Numbered from the stretch's first letter, positions 24,333 through 37,521 are shown. The stretch is DNA of 64,000 nt from Octopus vulgaris (GCA_951406725.2 OX597825.1:61442001-61506000), one strand, 5' to 3'. Made by a program: numbers and translations. Notes: generated by a model not told the origin, from the letters alone.

Positions 24333-25480
24333 TTTTTGTACTCCATAATTCCTGTGACAATTGTGCAGGAAGTGTCCTTGGACATACCCTCCAGAAGATC
24401 CTGTTAGAAACAACAACAAGAATTTTCTCCAGTTGAATCTCCAAGTGAGACAAATTGAGAACAAAGATTCTTTTCCAACTATCTGACTTGTTTAACCTTA
24501 GGTTCCTTGCTGGTTAGCCTTGCTTGTAAAAATCTGTCCTGAAATTCTTTCCTTGGAAATTCTAATCACATGTTTGTTGAACAAAAATAAGTTGCTAAAA
24601 AATTAGTCTGTATTTCTAATGAACATAAAAAAAAAACCAAAACAAAAAAAACAACAAAACAAAACAAAACAAAACAGAAAAACAAACAACAACAGTCATC
24701 AAAATGTTACTAACAGAAAAGAGACTTTGATTTTAACAGTGCCTGGCAGAGTGTGTGGTAGTGATAGGAGTATAAACGCTCTTGCAAAAAATAAAATCAA
24801 TTCAATGTGATATAATTTAATTGTCCATTTCTGCCAGAGCAAATTACAGTACATTGCAAACTGCCAGTTATAAATGAACCGCCATGTCTGACAAACTTAT
24901 TTGTGAAGAAAATTTTGTTTAATTTTATAAAATGTAATGATTAGAAATAATTTTTTTTTTTCTACAAATTAATAACATGTTAAATCGACAAGCCAAACTT
25001 GAAATTTGCATTAGTTTTATAGCTAAAAGTATCAAATGTGTAAATATTTATTTTGTGGATAGCATTATTCTTGTGGGTGTAATGTATAAACTTAAATGTA
25101 TTGGCAATGTAATTGCATATACTTAAAAACTATATTACATTAATTTTTCTTCTTCTTTCTTATGGATATGTGTCGTATTCATTATCCACACACACACACA
25201 CATCTATACTTATATATATAAGCATGCTTATATATATGCACGCATATATATTATATATATATATGCATGCATGCGTGTATCTGCGAGTGCATTTATGTAT
25301 TTATTTAATATATATACATATATACACATATACATATATATATATATATATTTGTATATATATATATATATAAATATATATATACCAATCTATCTCTATA
25401 TATATATTTATATATGCATATATATATATATGTATGTATATATATCTATATCTATCTATTTATCTATATATCTATATATA

Positions 25481-25524
<44 letters not shown>

Positions 25525-25526
<2 letters not shown>

Positions 25527-25704
25527 CAGTAAATAAACAGAGTAAAATTTGACTTAATGGAGTTCAAAAGATATATATATATACATAGAGGTGTGTGTGT
25601 TTATATATATATATATATAAATAAAAATGCATGCACCTGTATGTATGTATATATATATCTTTTGAATTCCATGAAGTCAAATTCTACTCTGTATATTTAC
25701 TGTA
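25525..25704. repeat. Fold-back, MITE-like element (TA-CAGT...ACTG-TA)
   Basis: TACAGTAAATAAACAGAGTAAAATTTGACTTAATGGAGTTCAAAAG is mirrored at the right end with 4 mismatches; (TA)n centre. Confidence 0.85.
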
Positions 25705-26721
25705 CAGTACTGCAAACAGTTTATTAATGAATTTTATATCATTATAGTCTAAAGACAGGAAAGGACCTCACAAAGACAAAAATAATTAGTACAGACTCCA
25801 AACGAAGTAAATGAGAATTTAATTGAGTTTCGGTATTGCACCATAGCAACTGTTAACATTGCTGCTGTGACCATAATGACTCTAACCCAATTTAATCTAA
25901 AGTTATACAATGATTAGTTTCAGTTAAATTCCCACTGGTTGTTAAGTAATATAATCTGTCTGCCCTGCATATATATGTGTTCACATATATATAGCGGTAC
26001 AAACTAGCTACATTTCTCTTAAAACAATTCTCTTACAAGCAAGAATTCACACATGCTGATGTAACCGCAATTTTGTTTCTGCATCAACCTGTAATTCACA
26101 CACCTATATTCTGAAGCTCACACACACACACACAACATACATGCATGCACATGCACATGTGAACATACACACACAACATGCACATATACATGCACACATG
26201 CTCATGCATGTTCACTCATTTCCAATTGTGATAAATTGTCGTTCAGATCCATATCAACCCAGAATTTACTACATGTATATATTATAATTGATGTTTTCAA
26301 AATACCCTTTCTCTGCAATCATTCTTTGGGGAACTAATCTATCTTCATTTGTCATTTCAAGGTATGTTATTATCAGAAATTGTTGTTTGCACTGTGTTCC
26401 TTGAAATTGGAGATTTCCTACATCTATGCTGCAATCATTTCTAGCATGTTTAATTTTGTTATGTAACCAGCAGTTTAAAAATCTTCCCGATATCTAAATT
26501 GTAAATTTAAAATCAGGCATCTTATGTATTTTTTAAACCTAGTTGGAATGTAGTGCCCATCATCCTGCACCAGGTGTTCAAGACTAGTGGAGGAGAGAGA
26601 GTAAAGCATCCTCAAACTTTGAGACCTGACCAAAATGCTCATGACAGTATGGACTCTGCTAAAGGTAACTAGGATTCGATAAGGTGATATTAAGCTGTGC
26701 GATGAATTAAGTCTACCAAAT

Positions 26722-27195
26722 AGGTGCAGGAGTGGCTATGTGGTAAGTAGCTTGCTTACCAATCACATTGTTCTAGGTACAGTCCCACTGTCTGGCACCT
26801 TGGGCAAGTGTCTTCTACTATTGCCTTGGGCCGACCAAAGCCTTGTGAGTGGATTTGGTTGATGGAAACTGAAAGAAGCCTGTTGCGTGTGTGTATATAT
26901 TATATATACCAAAAAATAAGCAAGAAGAATGGATCAGTAGTTTAGTACAATTGTTTCATACTATAAACATTTTATTAAAGCTTTTTATTATATATATATG
27001 TTTGTGTCTGTGTTGGTCCCCCACCAGCTATTGACAACCAATGTTCATGTGTTTATGTCCCTGTAGCTTAGCAGTTCAGCAAAAGAGAATGATAGAATAA
27101 GTACCAGGCTTACAAAGAATAAGTCCTGGGGGTGATTGCTTTGACTAATGGCTGCAGTCAAATGACTGAAACAAATAAAAGAAAACAGAAAAAGA
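26722..27195 (+). mobile_element. SINE A1 with an insertion in its internal microsatellite
   Basis: A head and A1 tail are present; unrelated sequence at ~26908-26985. Confidence 0.85.
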
Positions 27196-27696
27196 AACCC
27201 AAGTAGATCACTGCAGGATTTGAACTCAGAACACAAAGAGCAGAACAAATACTGATATCATCCCATGCAAATTCTTACATTTCTAACATATTCAGCATCG
27301 TGGGCAAATATCATTTTCTATAGCATCAGGTTGACCCAAATCTTATGAGTGAAAATGGGTACACAGAAACTGTGCAGAAGCCCATAGGCTGAATTGTACC
27401 TAATATTCACAAGGCACTACCTTATCATGCATTGTGTCACACTGATCCTGCATGAGAATTATAAGGACAAACATGCAGAATGATCATTGTTATTTGATTG
27501 ATCAAACAGCTGAATACTTATCATTGAAAGACTGAGATTCACCACTATGAATATCTGTAAATGAAGAGTATTCGTCCATAAAATATATGTAATAAGTCTG
27601 CAAGCAAAAAATCTTCCAGATTCACAATTCCTGACAGACATTTCAACTGTAAATGCATAGTGTGCACTTGTTTGAACTGGGATAAAACAATAAAAT

Positions 27697-27864
27697 ATTT
27701 CGTTTTGGGATTTGGTTTGCAAGATTCTTTATGTGAGTTTGTGTGTTGAAGGATATTCTGTTGTGTCTGGGGAGGGTCATTTTCTTTAAGTGCCTCATTA
27801 TTTAACACACTCACCAGTGAAATTTCCACTTATTCCTTATTTTTATTTTTATTTTTATTTTCCT
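27697..27864 (-). mobile_element. Penelope-like pseudo-LTR fragment, family P3 (truncated before the HHR)
   Basis: Homologous to 35286-35549. Confidence 0.6.
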
Positions 27865-27872
27865 ACATATTT

Positions 27873-28075
27873 GCTACATGAAAATGCTGAACCTTTTGAA
27901 GGGGATGACAGGGGACTGAGATATGTTCCGGTTTAAACTGTTATGGTAGCTGAGACAAAAAAAAATAAAATATCAGCTACATGATGACACTGGATCATAT
28001 GGTGGAGATGTGAGAGGACCGAGATATACACTGGTTGAAATTGTAATGGTAGCTGAGATGAAACAATAAAATATT
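27873..28075 (+). repeat. Two diverged ~100-bp tandem units
   Basis: GCTACATGA...GGAC(T/C)GAGATAT...ATGGTAGCTGAGA...AATAAAATAT occurs twice. Confidence 0.75.
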
Positions 28076-28076
28076 C

Positions 28077-28575
28077 TTTTCTACTCTTGGCACAAGGCTC
28101 GAAATTTTGGGGGAGGGGGCCAGTTGATTAGATCGACCCCAGCATGCAACTGGAACTTAATTCATTGACCCTGAAAGGATTAAAAACGATGTCAACCGTA
28201 GTAGAATTTGAACTCAGAACATAAAGACTGACAAAATACTGCCAAGCATTTCTCCCGGCATGCTAACATTTCTGTCAGCTCACTGCCTTGAAATAAATAT
28301 TCTTTTCTACTCTAGGAACAAGGCACGAAATGTTTGGGGTGAGGGCCAGTCGTTTAGATCGACCCCAGTCCTCTACTGGTACTTAATTTATCGATCTCGA
28401 AAGGATGAAAGGCAATTTCAACCACAGTACACTACTGGTACTTAATTTATCGATCTCGAAAGGATGAAAGGCAATGTCAACCACAGAGGAATTTGAACTC
28501 AGAACGTAAAGACAGACAAAATACTGCTAAGCATTTCCCCCAGCATGCTAATGATTCTGTCAGCTTGCCACCTTG
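28077..28575 (-). mobile_element. Head-to-tail pair of SINE B copies
   Basis: Two B copies; CAATAAAATATT flanks both ends; ~55-bp internal duplication in the second copy. Confidence 0.85.
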
Positions 28576-28797
28576 AATCAATAAAATATTAGCTACCTGA
28601 AGTATTCTTAGTATGCACCTACCTTTATTAGCACCTCACCGATGGCTGTGTGAACTATAGGAGGTTGTTCTGCCACAGCTTGAACTAGTTTCTAGTTTCA
28701 GTGAATGGTCACAAAATTTGCAAAAGAAAGTGAGTATTGAATTTAATATAACCTAGTACATGACTTTTATGTATATTGTTTTATTCTTTTATTTCTT

Positions 28798-29220
28798 TAA
28801 GGTATTGAGCTGGCAGAAACGTTAGCACATCAGACAAAATGCTTAGTGATATTTCATCTGTCCTTATGTTCTGAGTTCAAATTCTACAAAGGTAGACTTT
28901 GCATTTTATCCTTTCAAGATTGATAAATCAAGTACTAGTTGCATATTCTAGGCCTTGTGCCTAGAGTAGAAAAGAATATTCTTTTACTTGTTTCAATCAT
29001 TTTACTGCAGCCATACTGGAGCACTGCATTAAAGGTTTTAGTCGAAGAAATCAACCCCAGTACTTATTCTTTGTAAGCTTAGTACTTATTTTGTCAGTCA
29101 CTCTTGCCAAATCAATAAGTTATGGAAATGTAAACATACCAACATCGGTTGTCAAGCAATAGTGGGAGGAGGACAAACACAGACACAGACACACATACAT
29201 AAATACATACATACATACAT

Positions 29221-29281
<61 letters not shown>

Positions 29282-29350
29282 AGGTTTCTTTCAGTTTCCA
29301 TCTACCAAATCCACTCACAAGGCTTTCGTTGGCCTGAGGCTATAGTAGAA
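28798..29350. mobile_element. SINE B (+, 28798-28975) tail-to-tail with SINE A1 (-, 28980-29350)
   Basis: Motif matches to B and A1. Confidence 0.8.
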
Positions 29351-29891
29351 AACATTAATTTGTATTTGTCTGTGTGTGTATGTGTTGTGGAGGTGTATTT
29401 ATATATGTATATACATAATTTTTTTGCTTCAGAAGATAAAAAGGCAGAGTTAATCCTAGTGAACTTTAAACTCCAAAAGTAAAGTGACAACACTAATTAG
29501 ATATAAGTAATTACAACTAGATGTTTTGTCTGACACTCTATTAATTCTGTCACTTGATATTGACATGTATTGATACATATCAATTTGTAAATTGGCAGCT
29601 ACCAGCTTTTAACAGAGATATTGATAGGAAGTTTTACATTTTAAACTTAATATTGTCTGAAATTGTAGCAGATAAGTTTTAATCAGTTCTGCTCACTTCA
29701 ATAGAAATGTCAACTGAAGTGAAATAATTTTCAAATCATTTGCCACCATTTTAGTTTCTTTTTATTGTTTAATCTATAGAACACTTGGCCTTTTGTGCTG
29801 TGAATCATTAAACAGTAAAAGAAATGAAGGCTTTCGTTTTGAAATCTATTTTCTGTTGTTAGTTGGCTGACTTGACTTCAATGCAAATTTT

Positions 29892-30630
29892 ACATCATCA
29901 TCATCATGTTCATCATATCCATCATCATTTTGTGTTTATTTTCCATGCTGGCATGGTTCAAGCAGTTTGACAGGAGCTGGCTAGCTGAAGAGCTGCATAC
30001 ACTCCACATCTGTTTCGCCATGGTTGCCCTTCCTAATGTCAACCACTGTACAGCATGTACTGGGTGCTTTTACTCAGCAGTACTTACTTGTACTTGTACT
30101 TGTGACAGCGTTCACCCAGGGTGGGTTGAACCAGCTTCTCTGGTCCTGACGGCATCACAAACCATGGCAGCCCACACTCAATGGTCCTGTGTGAGGTCAC
30201 TGGAGATAGTGAGCCATTCGTGGTTCCATCTGCACAGACCGACCACCTGCAGACCTGAGAGTTCGAAGAGGCCCTCCTTTATCATCGTTGCCCAGGTCTT
30301 CAGCTGCCTGCTCTTGTGTTTGTGCCAGCAGTGGCATGGGTGCTTTTATGGGCACTGGTACAGATGCTTTTTTATGTGACACCAGCATGCACAACCCTGC
30401 AATATTATGAACACTCAGCTGAAGAAGGATGCAAGGGACATACCAATATGCAAGAACAGCCACGATTTTACTTAGCTTGGTGTGTCTTCTCAAGCGCAAC
30501 AAACTGCCAGGAGTCTTGGTCCCCTGCCATCCCCTCTGTAAGGTCCTATGTCTGAAGATCCTTCGTTACTACTTCCTCTTGCATCTTCCTGGGTCTAACT
30601 CTTCCACATGTTCTCTCTGGTGTCATTTCT
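29892..30630 (-). mobile_element. RTE LINE 3' fragment (ORF end plus 3' UTR)
   Basis: TCGRVRPRKMQEEVVTKDLQT*DLTEGMAGDQDSWQFVALEKT, 3' UTR and (GAT)n tail. Confidence 0.8.
30081..30328 (-). mobile_element. Second RTE-clade family 3' fragment, nested
   Basis: QLKTWATMIKEGLFELSGLQVVGLCRWNHEWLTISSDLTQDH*VWAAMVCDAV...AGSTHPG*; (CAAGTA)n tail; possible CAGCAGT TSD. Confidence 0.75.
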
Positions 30631-31672
30631 ACCTCGATTTGTCTCCAAATTGCATTTCATGCTGGTTATATCTGCTGATGATCAAGTGTTTTACTTCTCT
30701 GATTAGTTATGGACTGTGACCAAAGGTCAAAAATTGCTGTGGACTTATGTGTCCAAACTCATAAGAATATTGCCCACTACCAAGATTAATAAATGCAATA
30801 TTATTCCCAATTATGTATGAAAGATGGAAACTCGCAATTCACCAGCTTGTTTTGTTGCAATTATTTTTTCTTGCTCCTCATTCATATTTCTTCATCAAAG
30901 CCAATTCACCAAGACAAAATTTTAGTTCATTTTTTTTTTACAGACAAGATAAAATAGAATTTAAAAATTAATCAGTCATCATTGGAAAAAAAATGTTGCA
31001 TATGAAAAATAAAGTAATTCTTCTGAGCAAAATTTACAAATTGTATAAATGTACTGAAATTCCTGTAAAAAAAATTTTTAAATAAAAAGATAATCTGAGT
31101 TCTCCATTAATAGAAACATTTTTGACTAAAAATTTAACTCTTTCAGTTATAATTTCGTATAGAATTATTAAAATTTCTACAAATACAGAATTAAAAGCAA
31201 ATTTGAAAGTTTCCATAAAGAAACATGAACTTGACTCTATTTGAAAAAGTTCATACTAAATATTTGTAAGGAAATCAAAATTTTTTACTGTAGTTTAATC
31301 AAACAGCATTACATATTCTTTTTGCAACAGATTTTAAAATCTGTCTGCTTGTATAAATGATACCATATTAACTTATTGAAACTTTTTACTTGAATACTCA
31401 TGTTTTTAACAATATAATTTGGTTCTGAAATGTTTTGATTTTAATACATTATAAATAAGGATTAAAAAAGTCTCTGACCACTACTGAAAAATACTCACAA
31501 CTGATTTATGTTGTTACTTGCCTTGTTTTATGAATGAAATCTTTGTTTTTATCTTTTACTTGTTTCAATCATTAAACTGTGGTCATGCTGATGCACCACC
31601 TTACAGAAGTTTTAGTTGAACAAATCGAATCTGGCACTTGTTTTATCTTTCTATGTTCAGTACTTATTCTAT

Positions 31673-32050
31673 GTGGAAGCACTCCGTCGGTTACGACGAC
31701 GAGGGTTCCGGTTGATCCGATCAACGAAACAGCCTGCTCGTGAAATTAACGTGTAAGTGGCTGAGCACTCCACAGACACGTGTACCCTTAACATAGTTCT
31801 CGGGGATATTCAGCGTGACACAGAGAGTGACAAGGCCGGCCCTTTGAAATACAGGTACAACAGAAACAGGAAGTAAGAGAAAGTTGTGGTGAAAGAGTAC
31901 AGGAGGGATCACCACCATCCCTGCCGGAGCCTCGTGGAGCTTTAGGTGTTTTCGCTCAATAAACACTCACAACGCCTGGTCTGGAAATCGAAACCGCGAT
32001 CCTATGACCGCGAGTCCGCTGCCCTAACCACTGGGCCATTGCGCCTCCAC
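31673..32050 (-). mobile_element. SINE family C, tail type 1 (young), inserted in an A1 copy (31550-32305)
   Basis: 11-bp TSD ACTTATTCTAT at 31662-31672 and 32051-32061; tRNA-like head TGGCCCAGTGG / GTTTCGATTTCC. Confidence 0.92.
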
Positions 32051-32741
32051 ACTTATTCTATACTGAACTGCCAACTTAAGGATGTGAAAACATCAACGCT
32101 AGTTGTCAAGCGATGGTGGGGGAGAAACACACACACACACACACATTCACACACATACAATGGGTTTCTGGCTACCAAATCCACTCACAAAACTTTGGTT
32201 GGTCTGAGGCCATAGAAGACACTTGGCCCGAGATGCCAAGCAGTGGGACTGAACCTGGAGCCATGCGGTTGAAAAGCAAACTTCTTACCACATAGCCATG
32301 CTAGTGTCTAAATAACTAAATCTTTCTCTATTAACACCGAACATTTTTTGAAAAGTAGACAACATCAGAAAAATATAGTTGTAGGTAAACTAAATCTGAA
32401 TAAAAGACATGAAAGGGACAACTGGAATGCCTGTGATCCTGGAACACTCAACCGTTTGATACCAACCTGCTTGAGACTACTTTTGACCCTATGATCCAAA
32501 ATCTCCTCATTTTAAGGTGTTCAGATTTAAATTACAGCATTTTGCTTTGATTTAATATAAAAATTTTCATTAATTATTCCAATTTAAAATACAAATTAAT
32601 AAAAAGAAAAAAATTAAATTACTTATTAGATCCATTGAAATTCCTAAATATTTTCAAATTAATTGAAATGCATAAGCAAGTATTTCATTAGAAATATGGT
32701 ATTTGAAACAAACAAATACAATAGAAAGGTTAGATTAAATG

Positions 32742-32968
32742 TATATGAGTGGGGTGGGCTGAAAAGTTCTTGGCTTTAAGGATATCGCAAAAGACCTGGC
32801 TGGAGGTCTAACTTTCTCAGTTCTTTTACAGAGCTTAAAAAACCTGAAGGGCCACTGCAGTAAAGCATGTGCATCTGAGAGGGGATTATGTCCAATAAAA
32901 TCATAATCAACTGATCCTCCTGTATTTTCTTTTACCCAAAACTGTGAACTTTTCAACTCCACTTTGTA
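32742..32968 (+). mobile_element. Short mariner-derived MITE
   Basis: Ends GGGGTGGGCTGAAAAGTTC / GAACTTTTCAACTCCAC; remnant resembling a transposase C-terminus. Confidence 0.65.
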
Positions 32969-33084
32969 AATATTGAATTGTGTACATAAAAGGCAACAAA
33001 ATGGAGAGACATCAAAATATGCTATGCTTGCTTGCTCTACTAGTATGTGAAAAGGTTTGTTTAATTTTTAATGATAACGATACG

Positions 33085-33700
33085 CATAAGCATGCCTGTG
33101 TAGTTATGAAGTTTACTTCCAAACAACAGGGTTTGGAGTTCAGTCCCACTGCATGGTACTTTAGGCAAGTGTCTTTATCTATAATCCTGGGCTTTGTGAG
33201 TAGATATGGTTGATAGAAACTTAAAGAAGACCATCAGTTTATATATTGTGCATGGTGGGGGTATGTATGTGTGTGTTGTGTGTGTTGTGTGTGTGTATTG
33301 TGTGTGTGTGTGTACGTGCATGTTTTTGTCTTGGGATCATGTGATAGATGTAAATGAGTGTCGAACATATAACAAGTGGTGGTGTTTATTTTCAAAATTC
33401 TGTGAAAACATGTCTGGCCATGAGGAAATATTACCTCACTTGGAAATAGGTGAAGGTTGGTGACAGGCAAGGCATCTGGGAGGCGAAATCCCCTCCTCAA
33501 CAAATTACATCTGGTCTACACAGGCATGGAAAAACAGACATTAAAACACTGCTGATGATGATGACAATGATGATGATGATGACAATAATGATGACGATGA
33601 TGATAATCATGCTGCTGCAACCACCACCACGGCTGATGACGATGATTATGATGAGGAGGAGGAGAAGGAAGAAGATGTGGATGAAAAATACAATGATTTA
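33085..33700 (+). mobile_element. Old SINE A2 (A head, RTE-type tail) with expanded (GAT)n
   Basis: GTTCAGTCCCACTGCATGG head; tail GTGAAAACATGTCTGGCCATG...GGCATGGAAAAACAGACATTAAAAC(GAT)n. Confidence 0.8.
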
Positions 33701-34214
33701 GATGTTGATAAACCTTGTTTACAATTAGCTAATTATTAACGATCAGTCTTTAAGACTAACACAAGCATTTTCTTTATCTGCTATATTTTTCTTCCTTCTA
33801 TAAAAGAGAATCAAAGGTATCTTTGGTTTACTAAATTATCATTCATCTGCCTGTCTTTGATAATCAGACAAACGATATGATAGACACGATATGATTGATG
33901 ACTGGTAAATGACATTGCAAATAAATCATAAGATCTGTACTTGGCACAGTCTACGGCCACTTATATGAAAGCAGGATAAGCTAATTGATGTACATTGTTC
34001 AACATCGTTTCAATATTAACTAGCCTGTCCTTATTGACGTTACAATAATCTAACATTTATGATGGGTAGCTTGATAAAAATTACAGACAATCGGATACAA
34101 AAACCCTTGTGAAATGGTGGTTACATTTTGAGTTCGAATCTTGCTGAGGTCAACTTTGAATAAAATAAAGTGCCAGCTAAATACTGAGTCAATGTAATCA
34201 AGTGTTCTCTTTTA

Positions 34215-34560
34215 CTCATCATCATCATCATCATCATTATCATTTAATGTTTGCTTTCCATGCTAGCATGGTTTGGACGATTTGACTTAGGACTGGCGAG
34301 CCAGATGGCTGCACCAGGCTCCAATCTGATTTGGCAGAGTTTCTACAGCTGGATGCCCTTCCTAACGCCCACCACTCCAGGTGTGTATGGGTGCTTTTAT
34401 GTGCCACCGGCACGAGGCCCAGTCTGGTGGTACTGGCAACGGCCACGCTTGAAAATGGTGTCTTTTTATGTGCCACCTGCACAAGAGTCAGTCCAGCAGC
34501 ACTGGCAATGACCTTGCTCGAATGTTTTGTTCAAGTGCCACCGGCACAAGTACCAGTAAG
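34215..34560 (-). mobile_element. RTE LINE 3' UTR fragment
   Basis: Same motifs as 14661-15095. Further fragments at ~34940-35250 and ~42063-42265. Confidence 0.85.
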
Positions 34561-35285
34561 GCAAAAAGAATGATATTTAGGTTTATATTTGTAGTTACTT
34601 TAACATATCTGTCTGTTCAAGCAGACTCTACTGCAATTTTTTTAACCCCAAGAGGACATCTCCTCTAGCTGGTTAATGATGCACAACCACATCAGATAAA
34701 ATTGCAGGCTGGAGAGTGAACCCTTTCCATCTCCTAGTGATGGGACCAGTAGACCAGTTATATGTAAGAATTAGCAAAGCATTCTTACATCTTTTTACAT
34801 TCTGAGTTTAAATCCTGTTTCATCCTTCTAGGATTCCTAAAGTGTTAAGCAAAATTCTTTGCAGTATCTACATTAGGTAATTGATTCCCTTGTACATCCT
34901 GAGTTCAACTTTTGCTGAGGTCAACTTTTGCATTTCTGTATCTGTTTTGGCATGGCTTTTACAGCTGGATGCCCTTCCTAACATCAACCACCTTGCAGAG
35001 TGGGCCGAGTGCTTTTTACATTGCATCAGCACAGGCAAGGTGAGTTTGGCATGGTTTCTACAGCTGGATGCCCTTCCAAATGCTAACCACTTTACAGTGT
35101 GGACTGAATGCTTCTTAGGTGGCATCTGCACTGGCAGGGTCACCAAATAACTTTCAGAGGGAAGAGGGCACTGGAAGGGATGATCACGTGCCAAATTATG
35201 AAAGGTTAGAGTGTGACAGAGAGATAGATGTCTTGCTGTAGAGGAGGTACATAGTTAAGACATCACAATATCTGTATGTATCTAC

Positions 35286-35549
35286 TGTGTCTGGGGAGAG
35301 TCATTCTCTTTTGGTGCCTTATAATTTAACACACTCACCGGTAAAATTTCACTTATTTCTTTTTTATTTTTCTAAAATTTTCATTGCATCTTGCAACCTT
35401 TTCAATAGTCGTTGAGAGTCAAATTTTACCAGTGAGTGTGTTAAATTATAAGGCACCAAGAGAAAATGACTCTTCCCAGACACAACAGAATATGCTTCAA
35501 CATACGAACTCACATAAAGAATCTTGCAAACCAAATCCAAAAACGAAAT
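35286..35549. mobile_element. Penelope-like family P3, two copies head-to-head (inverted arms 35286-35349 / 35421-35484)
   Basis: ~64-bp inverted repeat with an HHR-like motif in the spacer. Confidence 0.7.
35372..35408 (-). ncRNA. Minimal hammerhead-like motif with U3-A8 core
   Basis: Minus strand: CTA-TTGAAAA-G-GTTGC-AAGAT-GCAAT-GAAA-AT-TT-TAG. Confidence 0.45.
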
Positions 35550-37458
35550 GTATGTATCTAGTTATATATCAATACTGTGATTATTTTATTTTCCCCTACC
35601 TCTAAAGTAAGGTTGAACAATAGATTAAATGTCCTTTCTTGCAAAATCACTCACTGCTTTATTAACCATGAGACAAAATAGACTTGGTGTCTCCTTTGTT
35701 ATGGTGTTGTGTAAGTTTAGAAACACTTCAAAACTATTGTAATTTTATCAAATCTCACAATATATTCATCGACTTTTCAGTCCTTATATTAGCCCCGTCT
35801 CTAAATGTCCTGTCCTCTTCTGTCTGTGAGAAACACTGCTCTATTGGATATTTATTGCTAAATCTTTAGGTGACAAATCTTATGTAAATATGTTGCTTGC
35901 ATATTCAGAGCTTACGAGAACAAAATTTATAAAGACTGTCACAGGAAGCTATGAAAGAAAAAGTATATTTAAACAACAATCGTTGTTGTCATCACTAGTA
36001 TTGTTAGCATTGTTGTTGTACATTTACTTACCATAACAACATGGATTAAATGGGTTTCTGCATTCAGAGTTGGCACATATTTAGTAGGGGTGCTCACCTT
36101 GAGAAATCAAAAGACTGCATATCACTTGTGTTTAATTTTTTAATTCTATGGCTATAGGCCTTTCCAACTGCCAGCCTCTTTACAAAGTCTACTGGGTGCA
36201 TTTTATTGTGGCACCAGCATTAGGGAGGTGGCATGTCCTCAAAAAAACTGAAGTGTTCTGTCAGCCTTGCCTTTTACAGTGTGTACTGGACATGTACTTT
36301 CAAGATATTTATATTTCTGATATAACTAAAGAGACACATTACTGCTTGCTCGATGACCTCTTCAAAGAGCGAGAGCCAGAAGCATGAATGATAAAGGCAG
36401 GAATTTAATGGTAATAGTTGAAAACCCATGGATAATTTATTGCTTACATATCAGAAACTATAATTAAATTTATGAGGTTTATTATAAGAAACTTTTAAAC
36501 AAAAATCATTTGAACAAGAATTGATTGAAAACTAAGGCAGATGTTTTCTGTCAGAAAAAAAAAGTCATATAATATTCAATTGTGTACAAAATGATATTAA
36601 ATCAATAAAATGAGAGATGATGAAGTACAACTTTGAAAATATCACTTAACAGTAAATTGCAAACAATTTTAATTTTTATGTAAATCTGTAGAAGTCTTTT
36701 GAATATAGATATTCGGTAATCTATATCTGAAAATTAGTGTTACTGTTGCGATTATAAATATATAAGAACTAGGTTTCTGCAGGTGTTTTTGTTGTTATTG
36801 TTGTTGCTGTAATAATGGAAACTATAACTGAAGTCCTTTACTTAATGAGGATATCCACATATTTGAAAATGTACATTATCAATTATTAGTTATATTTATA
36901 CGTTATTAATTTATCATTAAAATCAAAAGTATAAGCAGCAATAATGTTTGAAGTTAAAAACGATGTTGAAATGAAAGTTTTCTGTAGTATCTGCAGTGTG
37001 TAGTGTTTGATGAGAGTTTATGAGTGAAACATTAATAAGTTTTATAATAATTCCAACTGGTTGCAAACGTGACTATGTGGTTAAGAAGTTGGCTTCACAA
37101 ACGTGGTTTTGGGGTTTAATTTCCTCATTGGTTAAGATAGAACTATATTTTGGGAACAAAATTTCACAGAAAAAAACAGTAGAAGCTCAGCATGCGTTCA
37201 TTTGTTTTTTCATTTTTTGAGAGCCATTCTTCTACGATTGCATATGTAAGGTGAATATATTATCGATGTATTACTTTTCAGCTGGATGCCCTTCTTGCAG
37301 TTAAAATACTTTGCAACTAAGAGTTCTGTGAAGGCACTTAGCAAATAGGGAAGTTGTTGATAGAAGTGACAACAACACTGCTCATAAGGCATATCATAGA
37401 GCACAAATGGAAACAAACATATAAATGCACACATACACACATGCACGCATGCACGTGT

Positions 37459-37496
<38 letters not shown>

Positions 37497-37521
37497 ACAC
37501 ACAGTTGCTTATATGAATATT

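Noticed and set aside
25830-25852. CCATAGCAAC RFX/X-box half-site
   Set aside because: Only one half matches, and there is no promoter evidence.
31975-32050. tRNA-like sequence
   Set aside because: It is a SINE head continuous with body and TSD; no complete cloverleaf could be supported.
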